Assembly (NCBI RefSeq): GCF_018350175.1
Contig: NC_058368.1
Location: 187,304,001-187,368,000 of the forward strand
Length of the DNA stretch: 64,000 nt
Source: Felis catus
Lineage: Eukaryota
Reading direction: 5' to 3'
Part shown: piece by piece, positions 11,587 to 24,200 of the stretch
Layout: every line of letters begins with the position of its first letter
How positions within the stretch are numbered: the first letter of the stretch is position 1
The notes under the pieces: model-generated
What the model was told of the DNA's origin: nothing
The model's input: only the letters and a program-made list of their open reading frames with translations
Databases searched by the model: none
Position numbers and translations under genes: made by a program

Positions 11587-14500
11587 AAAACTAAGTGGAC
11601 ATTAAAAACAAATAATCCAGTGAAGAAATGGGCAGAAGACATGAATAGACATGTCTCTAAAGAAGACATCCAGATGGCCAACAGGCACATGAAAAGATGC
11701 TCAATGTCACTCCTCGTCAGGGAAATACAAATCAAAAACACCCTGAGATATCACCTCACTCCAGTCAGAGTGGCTAAAATGAACAAATCAGGAGACTATA
11801 GATGCTGGCGAGGACGTGGAGAAACGGGAACCCTCTTGCACTGTTGGTGGGAATGCAAACTGATGCAGCTGATGTGGAAAACCGTGTTGAGGTTCCTCAA
11901 AAAATTAAAAACAGGTCTACCCTATGACCAAAAAATAGCACTGCTAGGAATTTATCCAAGGGATACAGGAGTGCTGATGGACAGGGGCACTTGTACCCCA
12001 ATGTTTATAGCAGCACTTTCAACAATAGCCAAATTATGGAAAGAGCCTAAATGTCCATCAACTGATGAATGGATAAAGAAATTGTGGTTTATATACACAA
12101 TGGAATACTACGTGGCAATGAGAAAGAATGAAATATGGCCTTTTGTAGCAACGTAGATGGAACTGGAGAGTGTTATGCTAAGTGAAATAAGTCATACAGA
12201 GAAAGACAGATATCATATGTTTTCACTCTTTTGTGGATCCTGAGAAATTTAACAGAAGACCATGGGGGAGGGGAAGGAAAAAAAAAGGTTAGGGAGGGAG
12301 GCAAACCATGAGAGACTCTTAAAAACTGAGAATAAACTGAGGGTTGATGAGGGGTGGGAGAGAGGGGAAAGTTGGTGATGGGCATTGAGGAGGACACCTG
12401 TTGGGATGAGCACTGAGTGTTATATGGAAACCAATTTGACAATAAATTTCATATTTACAAAATGCAAATGGAAATCACTCTGTGATTCAATGCAAGTTAG
12501 TGGGGGACCCTAGTGTTGGAAAAATGCATGAGGGTTGGTATCTGTGGCCTGGGTTCTTGAGTCCTAGGATATCCCACGTACTAGGTGTGCAGCCTTGGAA
12601 AATTCTCTCACCCTCTCTGGGCTTTATCTTTTTCACAAGGAAGGATAATCACCCTGCTAACTTCCCAGAGCTATCAAGAATCAAATAAAATGATGTAAGT
12701 AAACTTAGTTTATAACCACTGTAAGGAATAGTTGGTATTAAAAGGCATATTGAGTGGCAGTATAGCACTTTAGAGCCAGACTTTATGGACTTGAATCCCT
12801 ATTCTGCCATTTACTAGCTTTATGAGCTTGCCTCAGTTTCTCTGTCTAAAAAGTGGGTATGATAACATAACCTATCTTATAAGGTTGTCATGACAATTAA
12901 CTGAGTTTGTAAATGGAAAACAATTATAACTGGACCTAGAGAAATGAAGCATTTAAGAACTAAACAGAGAAAAGCCCTACAGGTTCAGATTACTATTTTT
13001 TTTTGTTCCTCCTAATGTTTTGGGGAAGTTATATTTAAATGACCTGAATATCCCCAAGGAAGAGCATTAGGATCGAGTAAGGGCCAGATCCCAAGTTATA
13101 ACAGGTGTTGGTTGGCCTCAGAAGTTTCTGGTGAGAGGTGGAAAACTGCCATGCACCTGAGGCTAGAGCAGAGAAAGAGCTCTCCCTCTGCTTTAAGGAG
13201 CTGCCTCCCATACACTACACAGAGGGCCACATCCACCTCCTTGGAGGTCTGTTTATTTCACAAGAGACTGAGCAAGAGGAGGGTGATACAGGAGAGAGGC
13301 GTGTGAGAGATTTAGCTCCAAACAAGAGGAGCCTTGCCATCTCACAGTGTGAGAAATGGGGACTGTCTGGTGACTTTGATGTTGACAGACTTGCACATTG
13401 AACTTGTGCCATCTGGTCCCAGCTGTGGGGTGAGAGTGAGCAGGGAACACTGCCTGAGGAAACACAGCACAATCTTTGTAGGGCCACAAGCCAGTTCCCA
13501 CACTGTGTCCCAAAAATTGTTTTGAGTGAGAAATCTGAATCAGCCAAGGCTTTTTCAGCAGAGCTCTGACTTGAAGGTGGGTGAGTGATGATTTCCAGAG
13601 GAATGGATAATTCCCTTGTAATGGTCCAGCCCCCACCAGGACTCCCAGGAGCAGTGGAGTTTGCACTTGAACATGAAAATTAGACGCAAAGTTAATAATG
13701 TCCACCGCTCTTCTGAAAATGAGGCAGGAGAGAGGTCGAGTTCACTCACCACTTCTAGTTTTATGACACTAACCAGTGACAGCATAGAGAGGCCACCAAA
13801 CCACTCTCCATATTTCCTCATCCCCAGGGAGCATCCTGACCAGTCGAGGACCGGCTTTGGCAGTGAGAGTCTTCTGCTTCGAGGCTGCACCATCAGGAAC
13901 ACCAAGGTGGCTGTTGGCATTGTCATCTACGCAGGTCATTGACTTATCTTGTGGTTTCCCCTTATCCTCCCCCCTCTATGTCTTCCAAATCCATCTTCCA
14001 TTAGTGGGAATTCACATTTATAAGTGGTACAAGAAACTTCCCATTTCTCAGCTAAGCAAAGAGAGGCTAGAATCCTAACAGCTCACTCCATCCACAAGGA
14101 ATATATTTAGATTCCAAGCTAACACCACTCATCTGAACAGAAAGAGAAATTCATACTTATTCACCTCGAATGGTGTCTTAACACTAACTAAAGGCAGGAG
14201 GAAGAGTGTATCTTGAGCCAAACTTAACAACTCCACCTTTTTGTGAAAAGTGTGATGAGTTTCCTCATCTATGCAATGGCAAGTACATTTGGCTCAGACT
14301 CATAGCATACTCATGAGGATAAAATGACCCAACATAGGAAAAGCACCCAACACTGTGTCTTAACAAACTGAATTCTCAGTGGGTTTTAATTGTTGCATAT
14401 ACAGTTATGCATTTATTATTATCTTTATTCATTTTGAGGTGCTCTAGTTCTCCTTTATGCTTTGATTTTGCTTTCCAATCGGAAAAAAAAAGATAACATT

Positions 14501-17500
14501 CACAATGAATCTGAAGTCTTAGGGTGCAGTCTTGGGACTGCTATATCCCTCCTACTTCATGTCCAGCTTTCAATTGGGGCTCCATCAATTTCTTTTCTTA
14601 TATCAACAGCTTCAGACTTCTTCCACAGAGAAAACACAGTCTCCCTTGGGTGTCTACCTTCATTGGAAGATCCTAGAACATGTTTTCCTGGGTCTTCGAC
14701 TCCCTAGGATGTCTTGATATATTTTGCTTGTTCATTATTTTCTTTGATGTGATTTGTTTCAGAATTCATAGAACTCCACTTTTGATGGGCATGGAAGGGA
14801 ATTTAAGATGCTAAGGTTCACTTTTTGGGACTGTCAAAGAAAAATAGATCAAGGAAAAATAATGTCCCAATATATCTAGCTTTACCTAACTTGGTGGAGG
14901 CTGGTTGTGCATGTCAGTTCAGGTAACTCTTTTCGAGGGTTTTTGGCAATGGAGTTCAATGCCATCTGGTGGACCTACTAAGATGAACTCCCCTCCAAAT
15001 GTCCACTCCTCCAAAAAACCCCTGGTCACTTTTCTGCCTGATCAGAAGCAAACTCTGAGTGGGTGATGGATGTGGTAAATGAGGGGGCAGAGTTGGAAGA
15101 GAGTGAATCATGACTCTGAGGAGTCAGGCTGCCTGGGGGTGAAATCCACTCACTGGATGCATGTTCCTGAACATGCTGGTTAAGCTTTCAACACAAGGAG
15201 ACTAATAGTTCCCACCTTATAGGGTTATAAAGTTCAAATGAGATTGTCTGTGAAAAGGGGTTTAACACAATGACTGGCATATATTAGGCTCTCAAAAATT
15301 GTGAGCAAAAATGGTACTAAGTGTTTTTAGTGTAATTGTCTACAGCAAGGGGTTCTCCACCTTGGCACTATTGAAATTTTGTTCTAGATTGTTCTTTGTG
15401 GTCAGAGGCTGTCCTGGGGAATGTTTAGCAGAATCCCTGGTATCTAGATGCCATTAAGATGTGACAACCCAAAATTTCTCAAGACGTTGCCACATGTACC
15501 CTGGGAGATAAAATCACCCCTGGTTGAGAACGACTAGTCTAGAGTCATCTTTTCTCCTCTGATTATATGGATGGAAAAAATAGAAACACCTCAGAGACAA
15601 AAAAGGCCAAAGTGAGCCTTCCAGAAGAAAGAGATACAACGTAGAGGTGTTTGCTCCTCACGCCAAACATTTGAGCCCCTACTGTGTTTAAGGATGTAAT
15701 TTGTGTACTTTGTGTATATTAATTCACTCTCCTACCCCAACGTACCCACAACTATTATCTCTCATTCTGAAAATGAGGAATTGAGGTACAAAGGGATTAA
15801 TTCACCCAAGGTCATTTATCTCCTGAGATTAATTCCTTATAACCTAATGTCAAGTATCTGCAGGGCCAAGCCCTGTCTGATTCTAGAGACCACATTCTAA
15901 CCATTATACCATGCTACCTCCCCTGTGAACCCAGTGTTTTCCAGGAGAACAGAGGAATCTCAGAAGGTGAGAAGCAAGATGGGTGGAAAGGGTGCTCTGA
16001 GGACCCCTTACATGGGGTGAGCCTGAAGGTAGGAAGGCCACAGTGCCTTCCGTGCAGTCATCCTGTGCTCATTGTGCTGTGGAAATCCCCCCACAACTAC
16101 AGGGACTGGAGTCTGGTTAATAAGCCCAGAGTTTGCTCACTCCTACTGTTTTGCTGCCACTTTAAATCCACCAGGCAACCAGCTAAACAGCATTAAAGCC
16201 ATTCACTGCTGGAGCTGATGTATTGGTTTTCTTTAATTTTGCACAGCAAATATGTAGTGTTTTTTAATTTGCTGAGGAATACAGCATGGTGGTTAAGTTT
16301 AGCAGCCCCAAAGGACTGTCTAAAGACAAAGTCTCAGTTTGGCTCTCAGCTCTTAGCTGTATGGCCTGGGTAACATGGATTGGTGGAAGGAGAAAGAGAA
16401 TGGGAATCAGAATCCTGGGTTCTCAGTATGGCTCTGATGTTATGGCTTATTTCCTTTGGGTAAGTCTCTTCTACTAATTGGTCCCCAGTTTCCAACTGGA
16501 ACAAGGGTGACTTAGATGAGATTGGTAGGTTTCAAATTTGTTGTCCTCTCTTTGAACAAAATTTTATGCAGAACTCCAAGATAGGCATGGAGCAGCTCAA
16601 GGCTAATGCTGGCGTGGAGGCCCTTACCACTCTTGTACAAGTGAAACCAACACCTTAGGCTAAGAAGCACATAGAAAACTACTGGCCTCAGACACTGTCC
16701 TGTCACAGGGCCTTGGCATGTACTGTTCCCAAGCCTAAAACCCTGTTCTCCCAACTCTTCTTTCTCCCTTAAGGTCTTCCTTATATGTCACCTCCTCTGA
16801 GAAGCCATCCCTGACCATGTTCTCTAACACCATCTCTTATTTACCAGCCCATTGCTTATTTCATGGGACTTATTACTAGCTATAATTATTTATTTGTTTT
16901 CTTGTGTATTTTCACCAAAATGTGAGTCATCTGTCTCATCCTTGTATCCTACCATTAGCCCATAACAGTGCCTTTGTGCAAATTGGAAAAAATAGCCCTT
17001 CCTCCAGAGAGCTTTCTGTCATTTGCATAAATTTATCCTAATAAGCCTACAAATCTATGACAAGTTAAAAAATGAGGGTTGTTTCTAGAGTTGTGCAGTA
17101 TACAACCTGTACATAGTAGCTCTGTCAGCACATACCACAGCGCCTGGTGCGTAGGGGATGCTCAGTAAAACACGTGGTAACAAATTGTGTAAGGCCTCTA
17201 CAGCTGTTCTCAGCAATCTCCCTGAGGCAGAAAATATTTAGGTTGGAGGATGAAGCCTCTTTTCTATTATAAGCTCTTGGAAGAGGTAAAGACATGATCC
17301 AGGCCAGAGAAAAACAGAAGCTAAAGGACTTACTACCTCATTTTCTTCCAAAGGCCATGAGACAAAAGCCATGCTGAACAACAATGGCCCACGATACAAA
17401 CGCAGCAAGATAGAGCGGCGCATGAACACAGACATCTTCTTCTGCATTGGGCTCCTCTTCCTCATGTGCCTCGTCGGAGCTGTAGGTATGGAATGTTCGG

Positions 17501-20500
17501 AAAGAACAAGACCACAATAATCTTCTGTTTCTTTAGGCAAGTTGTTTCAGCTCTCTGATCCTCGATTTCCTCATCTACAAAAAAGAACTAATAAAAAATA
17601 AGTCCTATCATGTATTTGAATAGGATATCAATTGAATAAAATGTTTGTGAAAATCTACATGCCTATATAATCTAAATATTAGGAATATCATCTGTTGTTT
17701 ATTTCTCTGAGAAATACTAATTAAACCTAGGCACTCTCTCAGAATAAAAGAATAAAAAGATGTATCAGTATAAGGACTGGTCCTCAAAGAGCTCATAGTT
17801 TATCAGGAAGGAGTCCAATTGTGAACAGGATTGATAACAATTTGTCCTACACATTGAAGACTGCAGAGAAGTACTGTATTAGTTTTCTATTGTTCCTATA
17901 AAACCACAACACAAACTTAGCAGTTTAAAACAACATTTGTTTATTCTGTTATAGCACTGGAGGTCAGAAATCCAAAATTAATTTCACTGAATTAAGGTCA
18001 GGGTGTCAGCAGGGCTTACCCCTTCTGGAGGCTATGAGGGAAGAATCAGTCCCTTGTCTTTTTGAGCTTCTAGTGATTCCTTTCTCCTTCTTCAAAGTGC
18101 ATTACTCCAATCTCAGCTCACATGTCCTTCTCCTTTTTCTATAGTAATATCTCTCTTGTCTTCTTTTTTTATAAGGACATTTGTAACTACATCTTTGGGC
18201 CCATCTGGATAATCAAGGATACTCTTCCCCATCTCAAGACCTTTAACTTAAATCACATATGCAAAGCCCCTTTTGCCATATAAGATAGCATATTGAGGGG
18301 CACCTGGGTGGCTCAGTGGGTTATGTGTCTGAATCTTGATTTTGGTTCAGGTTATGATCTCATGCTTTGTGGGTTCCAGCCCCACATTGGGCTCTGTACT
18401 AATGGTGCAGAGCCTGTGGGATTCTCTGTCTCCCTCTCTCTCTGCCCCTCCTCTGCTTGCTCTCTCTCTCTGTGTCTCTCTCAAAATAACTAAATAAACC
18501 AAAAAAAAGATATATTGATGGGGCTGGGGAATTAGGATGTGGGCTTCTGGGGAGGCTATTATTCACCCTACTATTGGTAATATGAGAGCATCAGGGGAGG
18601 AAGTCTTCCTGGAGGAGGTAGACAGAGCTGATTCCTGAATGCAGTAGGTGTTCATCACAGGAGGTAGGTGGTAGAGGCAGAATGGGCAAGAAGCTTTAAA
18701 AAGAGAGAAGTCACTCTTAGCCCTGGAAACAGCACAAGCAAAGCACAGAGATAGGAAGAACAATCATTTTATGCAGAGAAGCATTGGACTGTTTGGTGTG
18801 GCAAGAGCAAAGCCAACCATGGAGACCTGATTAGAACCAGGCTGTGACCAAGTTCTACAAATGCTGAGTGTAGAAAGCTGCAGGAGGTATAAACATTGGT
18901 AATCTCAGCCATTTAAAGTTGATTCTCAGAGGGCAAAGAGGACACTTGCTGTTGCCCGCTTTCTCTAAGAATGGCCCTCAAGACCCTAAAGGAACCCTCC
19001 CCAAAAGAACGAGGGACATTCAAAAGGAAACAGTTATGTGCTGGCTCCAGACCCCCCCCCCCCCGCTGTTGACCCCAAAACAGTGGGCAGCAATTGTATT
19101 TGCTCTTTATTTGCCTTTGTTGGTAATTGTGCCCATTGCAGTTCTTGAAAAATCATGACTGAAAGGCTAAGACCTCCTAGAGCTCAGAGAGATTTTGTGT
19201 GCCACCATGGTGAGGACAATGGGATTTAGCCTTGTGAGTAGCCTGCAGTTTTTAACTAATACGCTTCCCAGTTGTGTCTAATGGCACTCCAGGTGAGTGT
19301 TGCCCACAGCTGGAAGGAGAACACCTGCAGGGCCAGGGAAGCAGGCAAACAAAACCATCCCCATGTGGCCACCTCATGCCCTCAGAGACACTGCAGGAAC
19401 TGTTGCCTCTGCTTCAGAAAAGGCTTTTCAGGGAATGCCCGAGCTGGAAAGGACATTTGAGATCATCTCACTGTGTCTCCAGAGAAAGGAAGTTAATGAT
19501 TAAAAGGTCACACAGTGAGATAAGGTATAGGCAAACAGAATCTACTTGGCAATGGCCCAAAATAATAAATAAATTGAGAAAGTAACAGGAAGGGGCAGAA
19601 TTGTATGCTGAGAATCAAGACTCATACACAGTGACAGGCCTCTGGTGGCGCCTAATTAAAGCACAGCCCTTGCTGTGAAAGCTCTCGAGTGAGTGCCATT
19701 TCCAGAGTTCTCTATCACCTGCTTACTTGCATTGTGTCAGGGTAGTGTTTCTTTTTTCTCTGCCCAGAATGCCCTCCTCAGGCATTTCTGATCACCTGAC
19801 ACCCTCCTTCCTGGTCTCCAGGACACCTCAAGGACTCCTCCTCTGTGCAGCCTTCCCTGGCTTCCCCTGAAGACCAGTGGTCCTTACTCTGAGTCATGTA
19901 TTTGGCCCTTGGTCATTTGCCCTATAAAATTACCTTCAAATAACCTCATGTCAGTAACTCCCCTTTCTTCAGCCATGTATAAAGGCATTGGGGCCAGCCT
20001 CTAACGTCTTAGGCAAAGAAGCATCTTGGGGGCAGGGTACATCCGTTATATCTTTAATCCCCTGTAGTTCCTACCCTGGGGCTGAGAGCATTATATACAC
20101 TCAGTCTATTTTCATAATAACCCTACAGAGGAGGTATTATTACTAATTGGCAGATGAGAACACTGAGATTCAGAGAGCTCTGAAGCACTTCCTCACACAA
20201 CAGATGTTGTTATCCCTGTCTGCAGACAAGGAAATGGGGCTTGCTGTGCATTTGCAGATGCTCTGTGTAGTACCTCTCACAATCTGTGGGATTTGTCCCT
20301 TTACATCTGGCCTCTGGATTTTTAGCTACCTGCTCAAAGACAAGAACTGAGATTGATTCCTTCCTGAATTAATAAATGGATAGGTGGGTGGATGGATGAA
20401 TTGTGAAAGGGTGAATGTGTAGATGGATAGATGGGTATGCGCATGGGGGAAGGAGAGGGCCCAGCATACAGGTCTGTTAAGATCCCCGACCATGCACTTT

Positions 20501-21258
20501 CTGCCACACAAGTAAAAAGAACTGTGTTCCCTTTTCTCTTTCCAATCCTTGTATAACATGACTTCATCAAAATATAGGTAATCCCAATGCTAGTGTCTTC
20601 CAGGTAAGAGAGACTTTAATGTCTATCAGGAGATTGAAATGTAGGTTATGTGAAGGACCACTTTAGATGAATACTCTCACACTAGGACTAGGATGTAAAG
20701 AATAAGAATGGGTTCCTCCAAAGCACACTCATTTCCAGGAATATATTAAGGACTGCTATAATAGACCAGTTTAGAATTAATTAAGGATTCTGCTTCATCT
20801 CTGATTTTGCCTCCTCTCAGGTCACAGCCTCTGGAATGGGACCTTTGAAGAACACCCTCCCTTTGATGTTCCAGATGCCAAGGGCAACTTCCTTCCCCTT
20901 GCCCTTAGGGGCTTTTACATGTTCCTTACAATGATCATCCTGCTCCAGGTAGGAAGCCTTCCTTAACTAGGGGCTCAAAAAGACCTGTGGCCAATACTCA
21001 CTCAATTTTGTGAAATAAAGAAAAATAAAATAAAATAAATAAATTAGTTAAAAACTGGCTGACTCAATTAGTTAAACATCCAACATTGGTTTAGGTCATG
21101 ATCTCACAGCTCATGATTTCGAGCCCCGCATCGGGCTCTGTGCTGATAGCTCAGAGCCTGGAGCCTTCTTCAGATTCTGTGTCTCCCTCTCTCTCTGCTC
21201 TCACTCTCTCTCTGCTTTCCCCCGCTCATGCTCGCATGCATTCTCATTCATTCATTCA

Positions 21259-21299
<41 letters not shown>

Positions 21300-24200
21300 A
21301 AATATAAACATTTAAAAAAATTTTTAAAAAGAAAGAAAAATCAGTGCTGAACCCAGGAAAGAACTAACTGAACTAAGATGAGAATATGGTCATTGCTTTC
21401 TTGTGGGTCTTTGAAAGTACTCAAATTTGGGACAATGTCAGGGCCAGCCCTGCCTTGTGGAAGGAACCTTGCCCCAGATAATAGTGGACAAAAATATTTA
21501 TCAGGCTTTACTGCTTAAGAGTAAGATTACAATAGTGATCCAAGCATACCTGTACCTTTGCCAGATATAATAGAACAGGTAAAATCCTAATGACCTGGGA
21601 ACAGAAGAAGATAAAATAGCCCAGAGAACTACAGGGAACTGTCAAGCCCCAAGCATGGGAGAAAGAAACCACAGGTTAGTGTTTTAGCATCAAATAGACA
21701 GAGAGGGAAAAAACACAACTGGCCCTGTAAAGAAAAAAACACAAAAGCATAGAGCCACCTACAAGAAAGGGGCAGTAAGGAATAAAAGGATGAATAAATT
21801 CTTCAGACTCTATAAGAAATTACAGTCGGTGAAAAGATGAAGTTGCAGTTTTGCTTTATGAAGCTCCATTTACATTCAATTTCTTGCAGTATTTGAGGGT
21901 GTTTTATTGTCCTCTTAAAGGTGAACTTTTTCAGTTCATTCATTCATTCAGCAGAGCAATGCTTTTTAAATGTGAGTTGAGTCATACCCTTCCTTTGCAC
22001 AGAGCCATCCAACAGTTTCACAATCCACTCAAATCCACAGTCCTTATGGCAACAAATGAGGCCCTATGTGATGTGGACCCTGACTCCCTCATCTCCTAGC
22101 CAACTCCTGCTCATTCATACCAGGCCTGCTTACTCTTACCCCTCAAATACCCAGCCCACTCCCACTGCCCAGGCTTTGCCCACAGTGCTCCTCTTCCCAC
22201 AGATAAGTTTCTGGTTCACACCCTCATTTCTTCAGGTCTCTGCTCAAAGGTCATCATTTATAAAAGAGTCGCTCCCAGCCACCTTCTACCCTCTTGATTT
22301 TTCTTTTTCAATGCCTGATATATATTTGTTTACTAGAATATGAGGTTTTCAAGGCTAGGGATTTTTTTCTGCTCACTACCATCTTCAGGACCTAGAACAG
22401 GATCTGACACATGGCAAGCACTTGAAAGATATTAGGTATTTAATCAGTGGACAGTAATCAACAATGGGTCAGAATACGTTTAAAAGTGAGTGGCAGCCAC
22501 TGGTGGCATAGAGATCTGAGGGGTGTCAGGAAACTGTGGACAGAGGCACTAGAGCTCCTCATCCCCTAACCACCCAGGCACCCAGATGAGTGCCTACTCC
22601 AAACCAGATCTCACTTATTAAAGAAGGCACATACTTTTTGACTTTTTAAATACAATTTATTGTCAAATTGGCTTCCATACAACACCCAGTGCTCATCCCA
22701 ACAAGAGGCACATGCTTTTCAAATGCCCCTAAGAATTCTTAGGGAGGGATGAAGTCATTGACCTTTAGTTTCTCAGAGAAAGTCTATGATGTGAGCTGAC
22801 CACAGCTTTCCATTAAATGCCTTCACTACTCACTGGTGAGAGTTCTAAGACTTGAAACTAGCCTGCTCTCTGACACAGTGGGAATCAATCTCCCCACAGG
22901 TGCTGATCCCAATCTCCCTGTATATATCCATTGAGCTGGTGAAGCTTGGGCAAATCTTCTTCCTGCAAAATGACCTTGACCTGTACGATGAAGAGACTGA
23001 TTTGTCCATCCAGTGTCGAGCCCTCAACATCACTGAGGACTTGGGCCAGATCCAGTATGTCTTCTCTGACAAGACGGGGACGCTGACTGAGAACAAGATG
23101 GTGTTTCGGCGTTGCACTATCATGGGCAGCGAATATTCTCACCAAGAAAATGGTACAAGGATTCTCAGGGGCTTTCACCACTCTTTCTAAATGAGTCACC
23201 CTGTCTCCTAAAAGAATGGTAATGAAAGACATTTCCCTGGTTCCCCACAGTTTTTCCTGGCTCTGTGGCAGGTTGCTTCTTATAGCCCTGTGGGCTTCCT
23301 TGTCCTAGATCAGTGCTGTTTTTATCACCCATAAACTTTCCTTTGTTCATAAAGGCCATCAGTGATCTCCTGTGTGGTAGCCCTCCAGTCAGTCTTTGGT
23401 GCCATTTACACACAGGATTTCTATCTGTCAGGAATGGATTGGGGATATGTCCAAATTGTGTACCCATTATACAGCCAAGTTTTAAGAATTTGGGGGGTCA
23501 CTTTACCTGACATGCAAGACAGCCTCAGTGTCGGTACATGGTCAGATTCAATACATCCAGGAAAAGCCTTCCATGTTAACTCATCTCTTGGATTTTTACT
23601 GAGGGATAGCTTCAACTTGGGAGGTGTGGCTGAATAATGCCTGAAATGTCATCATGCATGAACTAAAGCTAGCCTGTAAAGCTGACCTGATTTTCTCAGC
23701 AACCCTCTGCCATCATCACCACACACTGCCCACACTTTCTAACTAAGAGAAGGAGTTTCAAGAGAGCAGCATTCATTCCTTTGAGTTAAAGGAACAGAGA
23801 AGAAGAAAGTAGGAGATACTATGGGCAGCCCAATCACCTTTGCCGTGTTGGTAACCATTTACATGGGAGCTTCTGATCTCTTTTTACTAATAATAACAAC
23901 TACCATTACCAGTACTTAGAGTATTCTGATAACTTTGACACATTATTTCATTAAGTCTTCAAAATAACCCTATGATAGGTATTTTTTTTAAACCCCTAAT
24001 TGAGGAAATAGAGGCACAGGTTTAGTCAAAGCTCAGTCACCTAGCCAGGAAGTAGTAGAGTCGGATTTAAATCTGTGCAATTTAGTTGCACCCTTCCCTC
24101 TCCAGTCAAGGTAGTCCAGCTGCCCATGCTCCAGGGCAGCAGAGTGCTCTTATCCTGTGCCCTTTGCTCCCCGCCCCACAATGTCTGGGATTCCCCCACC

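Noticed and set aside
11620..12156. 178-aa ORF as an independent gene
   Set aside because: It is the C-terminal fragment of L1 ORF2, with a premature stop and a mutated zinc knuckle, and lacks the EN and RT domains.
4990..15535. Oppositely oriented MER20 copies flanking two exons as a circularisation pair
   Set aside because: Ancient, highly diverged and about 10 kb apart, so stable pairing is unlikely.
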